Below, piece after piece: positions 36,270-49,504 of a stretch of DNA of 64,000 nt; within the stretch, counting starts at the first letter, position 1, and the number at the start of each line of letters is the position of its first letter. The DNA lies in contig JAWMAR010000077.1 of NCBI GenBank assembly GCA_036785375.1, positions 1,550,001-1,614,000 of the forward strand. Direction: 5' to 3'. Source of the stretch: Leucoraja ocellata (lineage: Eukaryota). The notes beneath the pieces were generated by a model, which had not been told where the DNA came from, searched no databases, and was given only the letters and a program-made list of their open reading frames with translations. Made by a program: the position numbers and the translations under genes.

Positions 36270-38224
36270 CTATACCAAGTGGACCCCGTCCCCCAACGCG
36301 GAGGGGAAGGGGGGTTGGGATGTGGGAGGGCTGGGGAGACAGAGGCCCTCTGGAGTTAATCACCCCCATTACCTGTTCCCCCAACGTAACCCGTTGCCCC
36401 AATGCATCCCATTTCCACCACTCATCCGTTACCCGAACGCAATCCGTTTCCACCACTCACTGACTGTGCATGTCATTTTCAACTTTAAAAAAAATGCAAT
36501 TGCACTAAGATTCAATGTGATGTAGGTGCCGCTGACAAGGCCATCTTTTGTTATCCAAATCATTAAACTTTGCTGTGCTGGATTAGGCTGGCAGATTCTT
36601 TCCCTGAAGGACATTTGCTGTGAAGGATCAGTCTTGTGGGATAGAAACATTGTAGCTGGCAGGGCATTGTGATGTCATAACTGCCTAACTGCCAGTGCAG
36701 ATTTGAAGAAATCCAACTTTTAAATGTCACTTTAAAACATTTAAATCTCTCCCACGACATCCGTATCCTTACAACAATGTAAAGGCACTCTCATAGCTTG
36801 TGTATTGGCAGCAGAGATCACATTGTGTTGTCATTTTTTTTTTTTGGTTGGTGGAACTTTCACTGCATGAGATCCCATTATGATGTCGTTTTCAGAATCT
36901 TCATGGCAGCTTATGTAAATGAGATCCCATTGTGATGTCATTGTTGGACTCAGCAGCCTATAGTAAATGAGATGCCATTGTGATTGGTGGACTGTGAGGT
37001 GGCATTGTGACATAATCACTAGAAGCTTCTGGAAGAGTCTCAAGACGAGACTTTTATAAGTATACTAGACCAAGGGGGACTAGACCGTTGGGTCCCGTCC
37101 CCTCAACGCGCGGTTGCAGTGAGGTGGGGGGGCTGCGGCGTCACACACACACTACCCCCCCCCCCCACACACACACACACACACACACACACTAACCATC
37201 CACAATTCTCAGGCGCGTCTGGAGAGGGAGGGGGGTAGAGAGAGGGCAGATAGAGAGGGGGTAGAGACAGAGAGAGAGGGGCAGAGGGAGGGGGAGAAGG
37301 GGAAAGGGAGGGGTAGGGGGGAGAGAGAGGTGGGGGAAGAGGGGGGCGGGGGAGAGAGGGCGGAGAGAGAGAGGGGGAGGAGAGGTGGATGAGAGAGGGG
37401 GGGGGAAAGAGGGCAGAAAGAAGAGGAGTGAAAGGGGGGTAAAGAGGGGAGGTGGCGGCGTGGATCCGAGTGAGGCACACAGATTGTGACGTCATCAGCC
37501 AAAGCTGCTCGGTTTTATTTTCAAAGTTATTTCAGATTCTTGAACATTTTGATTAATAACTCGAGAAATTAAGCATGAATTTTTCAGGTAAGACAAGTTC
37601 AGAGTCCACGCGATAAATCTCTACCGGAATATGTAAAAATCTTACGGTTAGTGTCGTTTTTTCGAGCAGATGTGATTACACACACACACACACACGCACC
37701 CAAGATCAAACTTTTAATAGTTACATGATACTAGACCAAGTGGGACCCGTTGGGCCCCGTCCCCCAATGTGGGCTGTGGGTAGTGAGGAGTAGGATGTGG
37801 GGAGTGGGATGTGAGGAATTGGGGCTGGGCTGTGGGCTGAGGGCTGTGGGGAGTGGCATCTGAGATCCCATTGTGATTTCATTGTTGGCTTGCGGAATGT
37901 TCACAGCAGTGTATGTAAATGAATGCCATGGTGATTGGAGGACTGTGAGATGCCAGTGTGACGTCGTACCTGGAAGCTTCTAGAAACCTCTCACTACAGT
38001 CAGTTATTCTTCTCAAACTGGGCTTTTATAAAACTTTAAATATCAATAATGTGAAATATAATATCAAATGTGAAAAAACTTGATATTAACGACCACGGGA
38101 AAAAGTTCAATAAGATTCTGCAAACGTTTTCGAGTCACTGTGTACCATTTTGGCGTAGTTCCTTGATCTCACAGACAGACAGCCAAACAAGATGAGACTT
38201 TTAATAGTATAGAGATAGATAGAT
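36270..38224 (-). mobile_element. Three head-to-tail non-autonomous Helitrons (36270-37064, 37065-37730, 37731-38224)
   Basis: On - strand each begins (TC)TA..CT(A)TTAAAAGT..ATCTTG and ends with a GC hairpin plus CTTGGTCTAG; CTAG at 37065 and 37731; internal microsatellites. Confidence 0.75.
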
Positions 38225-38635
38225 AAAGGCTCCCTTTTTGTGATCATTGAAGGAAGCATGGATCGGAATTATATTCATACATAATTAGATGGCATTTTTT
38301 GTTCTTAAAAGATTAAGTACTTTCTGCTTTCAATAAGGGGAGCATTCCTTCATCTCTTAAGCTCATAGAACAACATTCCTCTCTATAGAAATATAAAATA
38401 AATCTTAATAGCAAATTTACCCTTTCCTCTGTATTTTATTCTATGGAAAACTATCACGAATCTTGTGCTGCATCATTCTAGAATTCCATAAATTGAAATT
38501 AAATACAAATTGTTTTGGTACATTTGGCCTACCAATAGATTCCTACCACAGATAAATATGAATGAAATTATCTGAATGTATTGTACCAACAACATGAGCA
38601 CAAGAAAGATCAGGGATCTCTTGGCTACAGTGAGA

Positions 38636-38835
38636 NNNNNNNNNNNNNNNNNNNNNNNNNNNNNNNNNNNNNNNNNNNNNNNNNNNNNNNNNNNNNNNNN
38701 NNNNNNNNNNNNNNNNNNNNNNNNNNNNNNNNNNNNNNNNNNNNNNNNNNNNNNNNNNNNNNNNNNNNNNNNNNNNNNNNNNNNNNNNNNNNNNNNNNNN
38801 NNNNNNNNNNNNNNNNNNNNNNNNNNNNNNNNNNN
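38636..38835. other. Assembly gap (200 N) inside an old CR1 3' fragment (about 38590-39285, +)
   Basis: Run of N; flanks show CR1 ORF2 end. Confidence 0.95.
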
Positions 38836-39329
38836 GAGATACTATTAAGCTGGAAAGAATGGAGAGAAGGATTTATGAGGATATTGCCAGGACTCAAGGC
38901 CCTGCGCTACAGGTTGGGCAGGCTGAGTTTATTCGCAGAAAACAGCGGTGATCCTATCATGGTATATAAAATGCACAGAACAGGATGGGATTCAAGAACT
39001 AGGGGCATATAATTAAGGGGAGAGCTGAAAGATTTAATAGGAATCTGAGGGGCGACCTTTCACACCAGGGGTGGTGGGTGTACGAAATGAGCTGCCACAG
39101 GAAGTAGTTGATTCAGGTGCAATAAAAACATTTAAAAAACATATTGACAGGTACATGGATCGGAAAGATTCAAGGGATATAGACTGGCCTGGGGGATTGG
39201 GACTAGCATCTCTAGCAATGGGCATATCGGTTGGCATGGACGAGTTGGGCTGAAGGGCCTGTTTCCTTGTTATATGATTGTATGGGGCAATGTAACAATG
39301 CCCCATTATATTCTTATATTGTAACAATG

Positions 39330-40800
39330 AGAGTGGAAACAAGTCAACATCTACACTGGCGACCTTCCTTATGATCTTAAATACTTCAATAAGGTAATCT
39401 ACCATTCCTCAAGGAATGCAGTCCCAAATTGTCTAATGTCCTTTGGTAGGATGGCTTTCTCAGGAATTATCCTGGTGAATCTCCCTTGGACTCCTTTTAG
39501 TTAAGGGGGCCAAAACTGTGCACGGCATTTCAGATTTGGTCTCAACAGCACCCTGTGCAATTGTAATAAAACTCCAATATTCTCAATCTCCAACCCCTGT
39601 ACAATGAAAGACAACATGCTGTTTGACTTCTTACTTATTTATTGAAACTGCCTGCTAGCTTTTTGTGATTAATGCACTGGAACATCTCTGAACATTCATT
39701 TGCCATTTCTCCTATTTAGCCAACAATTAGCCTTTTGATTTCTCTTACATATGTGCACAGCTTCACACTTCCAGACATTAAATTCCATTTGCCAGGTTTT
39801 CATAAATTCACTCAATCTATTTAGTTGCACAATCACAGTGTTTTTATTACAACATTCCTGACCACCTAGTTTTGTATCATTAAAAAACGGTATCATTCCT
39901 TCCTCTGGGTCACATGCAAATACTGGACAATTGCAGGCTGATTAATGATCCCTGGGGAACCACCAGTTATTTTATTCCAGTCTGAAAGTGATCCATTTCC
40001 CTGCTTTCTATGAGGCAACCGGTTTTCATCCATGATCACACACGTCCTCCAATACTTTGGCCTTTTAATTTATGCATCAGCCTCTTATATAGCACTTTGT
40101 CAAATGCACTTTAGACATCTAAATATACACATCCATATACACCTCTCTATTTACACATTCCGTTTTATGAATTCTCCCTGTAACAATGTCAATGATTGTG
40201 AGCAAATTTATCAAATATGATTTACCTTTCATAAAGTCATGATGGTGCAGTTTGATGCTATTGGTCTTTTGAAAATGATCAGTTATTTGCTTTTTAATTT
40301 TTAACTCTAACATCTTTCCAGCAAAAGGTGATAAACCAATTGCCCTATGCTTCACCATTGTCGGCCTTGAACACAGTCTCATTGGCTGTTTTCCAATTTT
40401 CTGGTTCCCTCCATGAAGCTAATGAGTTCTGAAAATGTTCAACCAATAAGTCCAGTGTCTCTAAATTGCTTTAAATTGTTAGGACTAAGCCATCAGGTCC
40501 CAGCAATTTGTTTGCCTTTTGCCTTGCGAGTTTCTTGAATTATTGCAAGTTCCTCCATGTCACTTGAACTTGGTCAATCTTTTATCTATGGGATATTTAG
40601 AGTGTCCTCTGTGATGAAGACTGATGTCAAAAAATGATATAACATATATATGCCATTATTTGTTTCCTGTTATTAATTCAACAGCATCTCTCTAGAGGTT
40701 CCACACTTATGTTAGACACTTTCTTCCTATTTATATATAGAAATGCTTAGCGTTTGTTTTGATATCACAAACATGTTTTTTCCCAAAATCTATTTACTCT
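39330..40800 (-). mobile_element. Ancient, highly decayed CR1
   Basis: Remnants DTKLGG...WQMEFNVWKCE and HDFMKGKSYLINL. Confidence 0.7.
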
Positions 40801-42275
40801 TTTCTTTTGAACTTTCTAACCTTTCGCTATTGGATCCTAAAAAACCCTGTCCTCTGGGTCATCATCAGGGAAAGAAGGGGAATTAGTAAGCTATCAACCT
40901 ATTGACATTTTTTGAGAAAGCCTGACAAAAATTGACATTTTTGAGGAAGAATGCTTAGAAGGAATCGGTAGATATTTTTAGGGTTCCCAGAAGCCATTTG
41001 ACAAAATTACCTCACAAAAGGTTAAATCACAAAATAAGTGCCCATGATATTGCCATAAATAGAGGACTTACTAAAAGGCAGGAAGCAGTGTGTAGCGATA
41101 AGGACCAGCAGGAACAGTAGAAGCAGATTTAGGGTTTCAGGTACCAAGTACACAGAACCAGGTGCAATGTGTTAGGTACAGATATTTGGATAAAGAGTGT
41201 ACAATAATCAAGCAATTGTATCAGCTGGTTATAATATTGGTACGCATAATCAGGGACTGGGTTCTGGTTGCAGTTTTTTAGGTCCAGAGTATCAGGGTCC
41301 CAGCTACAAAGTATTATGGGAAGGGTCTCAGAGACAGGGTTCAGCTGTGCTATCAAGAACAAACCATCAGCGTTAGGGTATTAGGAACTGTGTCAGTTAT
41401 AGAGTATCATGGATGAGTACTGGGTATTAGCGTTTATTAGGAAACAGTTCTCATTAACTATTTGGCATGCTCCAATATACAAGGAATATTAATGTTAATA
41501 TGTCGTATTAATTCATCAGGGTGCTCACTTTGAGGAAGCCCGCTGAAAAGAAGTTGGGGCTGGTTCTATTCCCACAGAAAGCATTTTAACCAAGATTTTA
41601 AATGATGGAGAATAGTCATTTCCTCTGGCTGCGATGTTATTGTCAGTCTTGAATATAAAATTCTTACCTAAATAGTGTGGAATAGTAATGGAGATGTGAT
41701 GATTATGAAATAATTTTTCACACTCGGGAATATTGATGCATGGAGTGTGTTTAGAGAGGGGTTGAGGCAGAGATTGTTGCTTTTGGGATAATCTAATTCT
41801 GGATTTGTATTAATGGTTTCCATGATAAACTGTGAAAAATGTGCCTTCCAGATGTACAACTGAGCAGTAGCTGACAAGACCAAATGGGCTGATGACTATA
41901 TTGATAGAATATTTCAGCTGATGTAATCATTGCCACTAATATGATGGAAGCTTTCTCTGCACCTATCTGCCGGATTACTTGCACATGAAGTCATGCTTTG
42001 GTCTAAAAACACAACACACATTTCATTTCCTCATTGTGTTGATGTGAGGAGACTTGCTGTGCTGGGATCTTTCAGTATGAAGGAGGCTGGTAGACTCTGG
42101 CTTTTCATCTCCAGATGCATCACAAAATCAAAATAGTCCACACCCCTGTGGAAGTGAAGTTGGATGCAAAATATAAATGACTGATTAGAACCATGTTTTA
42201 CAGTGCCCCAGGACTAAGTATGAAGTTTCCATAAATTATGATTTGAACCATGAACCCAATAAATAAATGCCAATG

Positions 42276-42461
42276 GTACAAAAAAAACTGGAGAAACTCA
42301 GCGGGTGCAGCAGCATCTATGGAGCGAAGGAAATAGGCAACGTTTCGGGCCGAAACCCTTCGTTATTTCCTTCGCTCCATAGATGCTGCTGCACCCGCTG
42401 AGTTTCTCCAGCTTTTTTGTGTACCTTCGATTCTCCAGCATCTGCAGTTCCTTCTTAAACA
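42276..42461. mobile_element. Penelope terminal-repeat insertion forming an inverted repeat, 15-bp TSD
   Basis: Arms 42276-42335 and 42364-42425 are near reverse complements; TSD AAATAAATGCCAATG at 42261-42275 and 42462-42476. Confidence 0.92.
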
Positions 42462-43324
42462 AAATAAATGCCAATGATCACCTCTTCACGTTCTCCTCAG
42501 GCAGTCCCCTAGGGTTGTGGTCCACTCGGTGGCATTCTTATTTTGTGGGTTCTGAGGTGGCTAATGAGGCCGGAGGTGACTGACAGGGCAGGTGGGGTGG
42601 GCAGTTTATGAGGTGTTGCAATTTACAGTGTCTCTGTGTAGACCCAGTGCATGGCCTTGAGGTTTCCAATGCAACCCAAATGGTCATTCCCCATCTTGAG
42701 CAGTCATTTGCTACAGATCCATAGATGTCAGTGGGGAAGTTGCATTCCTTTATGGTGGTTTTTTACCACATCTTTGCGTCTCCTCTTCCATCCACCTGAT
42801 AATCTCTTCCCATGCAGAGTACAGAATGGAGCCTCTTCTGACAATTTGTCCTCAGATCCTTGAATGCAGTGGCTGGCCCAATAGGTCTGATCTTGGGCCT
42901 GTGATATGGGGTGTGGGCCTGGGAGAGGACACTGTCATTAGCCACTTACCATTCTGGCCAAATGGACGGACATTGCGAAGAAGCCTTCGGTTTTATTTTT
43001 TCTTGTGACACCTGCTGTAGCAGTTCAGGATTCAGAGGTATATGTGAGGCCATGCATGCTGCCTGTGGAGTCCAATCTGATCCTAGCCTTCAGTGCTGTC
43101 CGTGAGGAGTTTTAATGCTCTTTCTTTGGCAGTTTGGGTTTCCTCCAGGTGCTTCAATTTCACATCCCATGAGCTGTGTTGATTCATTAACTGGCTGCTG
43201 TAAATTTCCCCCAATGTAAGTGGATGCAAAAGAGAATAGACAGACAATGTCTAGTTCAAATGGACAGTTTCGGGTTGAGATGCTTCCTCTAAACTTAAAG
43301 AGTTAAGTTTTCTAAACCAACGTA

Positions 43325-45697
43325 ACCAACGAGAAAGCAGGCTATTCGAGACTGGGTATTGAGTAATGAGGAAGGGTTAGTTAGCAGTCTTGTTGTGCGT
43401 GGCCTCTTGGGCAAGAACGACCATAATATGGTTGAGTTCTTCATTAGGATGGAGAGTGACATAGTTAATTCAGAAACAAGGGTTCTGAACATAAAGAAAG
43501 GTAACTTTGAGGGTATGAGACGTGAATTGGCCAAGATAGACTGGCAATTGATTCTTAATGGGTTGACGGTGGATATGCAATGGAAGGCATTTAAAGATTG
43601 CATGGATGAACTACAACAATTGTTCATCCCAGTTTGGCAAAAGAATGAATCAGGGAAGGTAGTGCATCCGTGGATAACAAGGGAAATCAGGGACAGTATC
43701 AAATCAAAAGATGAAGCATACAAATTAGCCAGAAAAAGCAGCCTACCAGAGGACTGGGAGAAATTCAGAGTCCAGCAGAGGAGGACAAAGGGCTTAATTA
43801 GGAAAGGGAAAGTAGATTATGAAAGAAAACTGGCAGGGAACATAAAAACTGACTGCAAACGTTTTTATAGATATGTGAAGAAAAAAAGATTAGTTAAAAC
43901 AAATGTAGGTCCCTTGCAGTCAGAAACAGGTGAATTGATCATGGGGAACAAGGACATGGCAGACCAATTGAATAACTACTTTGGTTCTGTCTTCACTAAG
44001 GAAGACATAAATAATCTTCCAGAAATAGCAGGGGACCGGGGGTCATACGAGATGGAGGAACTGAGTGAAATCCAGGTTATTCGGGAAGTTGTGTTAGGTA
44101 AATTGAATGGTTTAAAGGCCGATAAATCCCCAGGGCCAGATAGGCTGCATCCCAGTGTACTTAAGGAAGTAGCCCCAGAAATTGTGGATGCATTAGTGAT
44201 AATTTTTCAAAACTCTTTAGATTCTGGAGTAGTTCCTGATGATTGGAGGGTAGTTAATGTAACCCCACTTTTTAAAAAGGGAGGGAGTGAGAAAACGGGG
44301 AATTACAGACCAGTTAGTCTAACATCGGTAGTGGGGGAAATGATAGTCAGTTATTAAAGATGGGATAGCAGCACATTTGGAAAGTGGTGAAATCATTGGA
44401 CAAAGTCAGCATGGATTTATGAAAAGTAAATCATGTCTGATGAATCTTATATAATTTTTCGAGAATGTAACTAGTAGAGTGGATAAGGGAGAACCAGTGG
44501 ATATGTTATATCTGGACTTTCAGAAGGCTTTCGACATGGCCCCACATAAGAGATTAGTATACAAACTTAAAGCACCTGGTATTGGGGGTTCAGTATTGAT
44601 GTGGATAGAGAACTGGCTGGCAGACAGGAAGCAAAGAGTAGGAGTAAACGGGTCCTTTTAACAATGGCAGGCAGTGACTAGTGGGGTACTGCAAGGCTCA
44701 GTGCTGGGACCCCAGCTATTTACAATATATATTAATGATTTGGACGAGGGAATTGAATGCAACATCTTCAAGTTTGCAAATGACACGAAGCTGGGGGCAG
44801 TGTTAGCTGTGACGAGGATGCTAGGAGGCTGCAAGGTGACTTGGATAGGTTGGGTGAGTGGGCAAATGCATGGCAGATGCAGTATAATGTGGATAAATGT
44901 GAGGTTGTCCACTTTGGAAGCAAGAACAGGAAAGTAGACTATTATCTGAATGGTGGCCAATTTGGAAAAGAGGAGATGCAACGAGACCTGGGTGTCATGG
45001 TACACCAGTCATTGAAAGTAGGCATGCAGGTGCATCAGGCAGTGAAGAAAGCGAATGGTATGTTAGCATTCATAGCAAAAGTATTTGAATATAGGAGCAG
45101 GGAGGTCCTACTGCAGTTGTGCAGGGTCTTGGTGAGACCACACCTGGAGTATTGTGTACAGTTTTGGTCTCCTAATCTGAGGAAAGATATTCTTGTCACA
45201 GAGGGGGTACAGAGAAGGTTCGCCAGACTGGTTCCTGGAATGGCAGGACTTTCATATGAAGAACGATTGGATAGACTCGGCTTGTACTCGCTAGAATTTA
45301 GAAGATTGAGGGGGGATCTTATAGAAACTTACAAAATTCTTAAGGGGTTAGACAGGCTAGATGCAGGAAGATTGTTCCCGATGTTGGGGAAGTCCAGAAC
45401 AAGGGGTCACAGTTTAAGGATAAGGGGGAAGTCTTTTAGGACCGAGATGAGAAACACATTTTTCACACAGAGTGGTGAATCTGTGGAATTCTCTGCCACA
45501 GAAGGTAGTTGAGGCCAGTTCAGTGGCTATATTTAAGAAGGAGTTAGATGTGGCCCTTGTGGCTAAAGGGATCAAGGGGTATGGAGAGAAGGCAGGAGGT
45601 ACAGGATACTGAGTTGGATGATCAGCCATGATCATGTTGAATGGCGGTGCAGGCTCGAAGGGCCGAATGGCCTACTCCTGCACCTGTTTTCTATGTT
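43325..45697 (+). mobile_element. 5'-truncated CR1 (same family as 3140-7317) with several disabling mutations
   Basis: ORFs 43359-44357, 44479-44661 and 44841-45512 co-linear with ORF2; FANDT replaces FADDT. Confidence 0.95.
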
Positions 45698-47718
45698 ACT
45701 AAGTAGCCAGTATAAACAGGTGGGGAGAGGGCTGGGGCAAGGACTAGCAAGCGATAGATGGATACAGGTGAGGAGGTTGATTGGCAGGTAACAGGTGGAG
45801 AGAAGAGTGGATATGGCAACAGAGACTGGGAGGTGATAAGTTGAAAGCTAATTTCAGCTGATTCTGGAATTGATAAGAAGAAGGTGAAGAATGGAACTGA
45901 GTGAGAGGCGGTGGAAGATGGAAGCAACAGAGGGGGGGGGGGGGAGAGGGGAGCTGGGGGGGGGGGGGGGGGGGGGGGGGGGGAGGGGGAGGGGAGGGGG
46001 GGGGGGTTGAAATACTGCGTTCCAGTTCTCTTGATTGAAATCTTATTAACATAGCCTGGCCAGAGGCTCGGGTGGGAGTTTGGACGAGATGCAGCGCGGG
46101 CATGCTCGCATCTCTGCACAGCAAGGAAACAGTGCCTTCGGCCCATCTCGTCCATTCAAGCAACGTCAGTTCACTCCAGTATGTCCGCGAACCTGGACGA
46201 GAGGAAGTGTGAGATATCGGTAGCTGGGAGTGAGGTGCAGCAAATGCGCCTGCGGATAAGAATAACATCCATAAATATGCTCGGTTCTTAAACTTACTGT
46301 GCAATAAATAAATAAATAACCCCCATCCGGGAACATGCATAACATATTAACTAAATTAAACCGGAGATTGTACAAATAAATTCACCACTGACTAATGGGC
46401 AGGATTATCAAACAAAACGCCCTTGACATGCGGAGATACGAATCGAAGGACAAAATTAGTCTGTCAGAGTTGGTATTTGTTTTCTCTTACCCCATATTTG
46501 TCCCGTCTCAAAAGCCTCACTTCACACTGAACGCTACTATCTTTGTTTCAATAAAACCAGAACTTCCTTCAGTGGAGCAGTTGGTGCCATAATTCCACAG
46601 TGTTTGGGTTATTTTTAGAGAACTCTGCGGTGTGTTCAAGGCCTAAGGCAGCCCCGCAAAGCGTCAGGGACTCCAGTAATGACAACGGCCCGTTATGTTT
46701 CTGGGGAACGAGCCTTAAATAAAATTACGCGCCGACTGGTGAGGCTGCGGACAACTATTTTCCTCCTTCATAAAAAAAAAATCAAGGTAAAAACAAAAGA
46801 AAGCAAAGCTGAGTTAAGGGTTGATGGGAGGGGGTGCATTCCCTTGCCTGTACGCTATTCACATAATTCTCATGTTTATTTATGACAGTTCAGCCCATCG
46901 AGTCCATGCGGTACTGGGAACAATCTCATATTCCCACCATTGAGGCAACAGCCTTCCCACTTAGTACACCACCCGTCGACACCAGGGGCAATTTACAGCG
47001 GCCAAGCAACCCACGAGGTGACATGTTTTGGGATGTGGATGAATCCGAGCACACGGCGGAAACCTATGGAGTTATTCTGAGTAGGTTCACGCGTTGCGGA
47101 TTTCCACACACGGATAAAGGGGAGAACGAGGGATGGTACCAAATGAACGATGATGGAGGAACATTGCCACCAGCTCTCGGGCCATTGAGTCAGATGTTGG
47201 AACAGGACGTCGGGAGTAGCTGGGAGAAAGGCCCGTGAGGGGAAGGTGGGTGACTTGGCAGAGTGGGATATGAGGAGTGTGATGATAGCGACGATGGGAG
47301 AGATGGGAGAGGAGATGGGGAGCAGGGTCATAGAAGGTGAATATGGCGAGGTGAAATTGGGAAATGGGGGATGGGGGTAGGCTGGGGGAAGATGAAGAGC
47401 AAATGGTGAGAGAGAGAGATGGGGAGTTGGGAAATGGACAGTGATGTGGAGATGGGGAGACGGGAGAAGGGAATGTAGAGGGGAAGAGTGAGGAACATGG
47501 TGAGGGGAAATGGGGGTGCATAGTGGGGGAGATGGGGAGACGGGAAGAGGGGGAAAGGGGAGAAATTGGGAGCAGGGTGGGAGGACGGCAGGGGGGGTGT
47601 GAGGGAGGAATGGGGAATGGGGAATGGGAATGGGAAGATGAGAAAGGGAGGTGGGAGATGAGCGACTCGGGAGGGGAGCGGAGTGGTTTTAGTCCAATTC
47701 CAATCAGTAAACATATCT

Positions 47719-47748
47719 TGCCATCTAGTGGCTGGAGCTGGTATTGCA
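47719..47748 (-). promoter_or_regulatory. CTCF-type binding site with upstream (ZF9-11) motif
   Basis: Minus strand TGCAATACC-AGCTC-CAG-CCACTAGATGGCA matches core CCAC(C/T)AG(A/G)(G/T)GGC(A/G) plus the TGCARTNCC module at the usual spacing. Confidence 0.7.
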
Positions 47749-47814
47749 GAACCACCCTGGCCTGTCCCAGGCAGTACTGCGATGAAACGGCCAGCTACAC
47801 AATCGTGTGTTTAT

Positions 47815-49050
47815 CATAGAAACATAGAAAAATAGGTGCAGGAGTAGGCCATTCGGCCCTTCGAGCCAGCACCACCATTCAATATGATCATGGCTGATCA
47901 TCTAAAATCAGTACCCGTCTCTGTTCCCCCCCCCGCCCCAAATATCCATTGATTCCTTTAGCCCTAAGAGCTAAATCTAACTCTCGCTTGAAAACATCCA
48001 GTGAATTGGCCCCCACTGCCTGTGGCAGAGAATTCCACAGATTCACAACTCTCTGGGTGAAGAAGTTTTTCCTCATCTCAGTCTTAAATGGCTGTTATTT
48101 GTATACATTGTGTATGCAAGCAGAGAATCTCTGGGCTGAGTCACATGTGATAATAAAGTATTCCTATTCCTAAACTGTGACCCCTGGTTCTGGACTCCCC
48201 CAACATCGAGAATATTGTCCTGTATCTAGTCTGTCAAATCCTTTAATGATTTTATATGTTTCTATAAGATCCCCTCTCACCCTACATTCCAGTGAGAGAT
48301 ACCCCCCCCCCCACCCCTCCTCCCCCCCTCCACCCCTCCTCCCCCCCCCCCACCCCTCCTCCCCCCCCCCCCCCCCGCTCCCGGCCCCCAAGTGACAGAT
48401 TGTTCAGGCTTGCTCCAGATAGCCCTGCACTGCGCTCATTGTAAAAGAGTCACAGTGATACAGTGTGGAAACAGGCCCTTCATCCCAACTTGTCCACATC
48501 GGCCAACATGGCCCAGCTGCCCGTATTTGGTCCATATTCTTCCAAACCTGTCTAATCCATGTACCTGTCTAACGATTTCTTAAATGATGGGGTAGTCCCT
48601 GCCTCAACTACCTCCTCTGGCAACTTGTTCCATACACCCACCACCCATTGTGTGGAAAAAGTTACCCTTCAGATTCCATTGAATCTTCACCTTCATCGTT
48701 AACCCATGTCCTCAAGTCCTCAGTCGCCTACTTTCGGCAAGAGACTGTGTATCTACCGGATCGATTCCTCTCATGATTTTATACACCTCAATAGGATGTC
48801 CCCTCATCCTCCTGCGCTCCAAGGAATAGAGTTCCAGCCTACTCAACCTCTCCCTATTGCTCAGACCCTCTAGCCCTGCCAATATCTGTGTAAATATTCT
48901 CTGTACCCTTTCCAGCTTGACAACATATTTCTATAACATGGTGCCCAGAACTGAACACAACACTGTAAATGTGGCCTCACCAAAGTCTTATACAACTGCA
49001 TTAACCTCTCAATTGCCATACAATACTCCGACTGATGAAAGCCAATTCGC
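47815..49050 (-). mobile_element. Two CR1 3' fragments separated by a C-rich tract
   Basis: MRKNFFTQRVVNLWNSLP, GDLIETYKI, LVRPHLQCCVQFW. Confidence 0.8.
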
Positions 49051-49504
49051 CACAACTGTTCGATTGAAAACTGATAGATTGAAGAGGCCAACAGGTATTA
49101 TCCATCCACCATCATTGTTGAGACGGTGGTGGCGAGTCGCCTTTTGCACCTGCTGCAGTCCCACTGATGAAGGTGCTCCCACGTTATGGTTAGATTGTTC
49201 CTGAATTTAACCCGTGCAATGATGAACGATGGGTTATAAATACAATATTCCAAATCTGGACGTTAAGCAACTGTGAGCACAACTTGCAACACTGGTGTTC
49301 CTCTTGTGTCCCCCACCGCACCCCCACTTTTCTTTCCCGGTGGCAGAGGTCACGGGATTTGAAGACTCTGCATGTATAAGAGTTCATTTGTATATTTTTG
49401 CAGCCACTGTGAGCCTTTGGAGGGAGTGAAAATTTAGGATGTTCGATCAAATGGCAGTGCACTGGACTGCATTGTCCTGCCTGTGTGTGAAGCTTTTGAG
49501 AATT

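Noticed and set aside
46596-46640. Other CACAGTG/CACTGTG heptamers (also about 39834, 48451, 56385, 57159, 58850, 63737) as RSS or J segments
   Set aside because: No nonamer at 12 or 23 nt and no adjacent V or FGxG J coding sequence
45691-48395. Pro/Ser/Gly-rich ORFs (also 37103-37502)
   Set aside because: Translations of low-complexity G/A-rich or C-rich tracts
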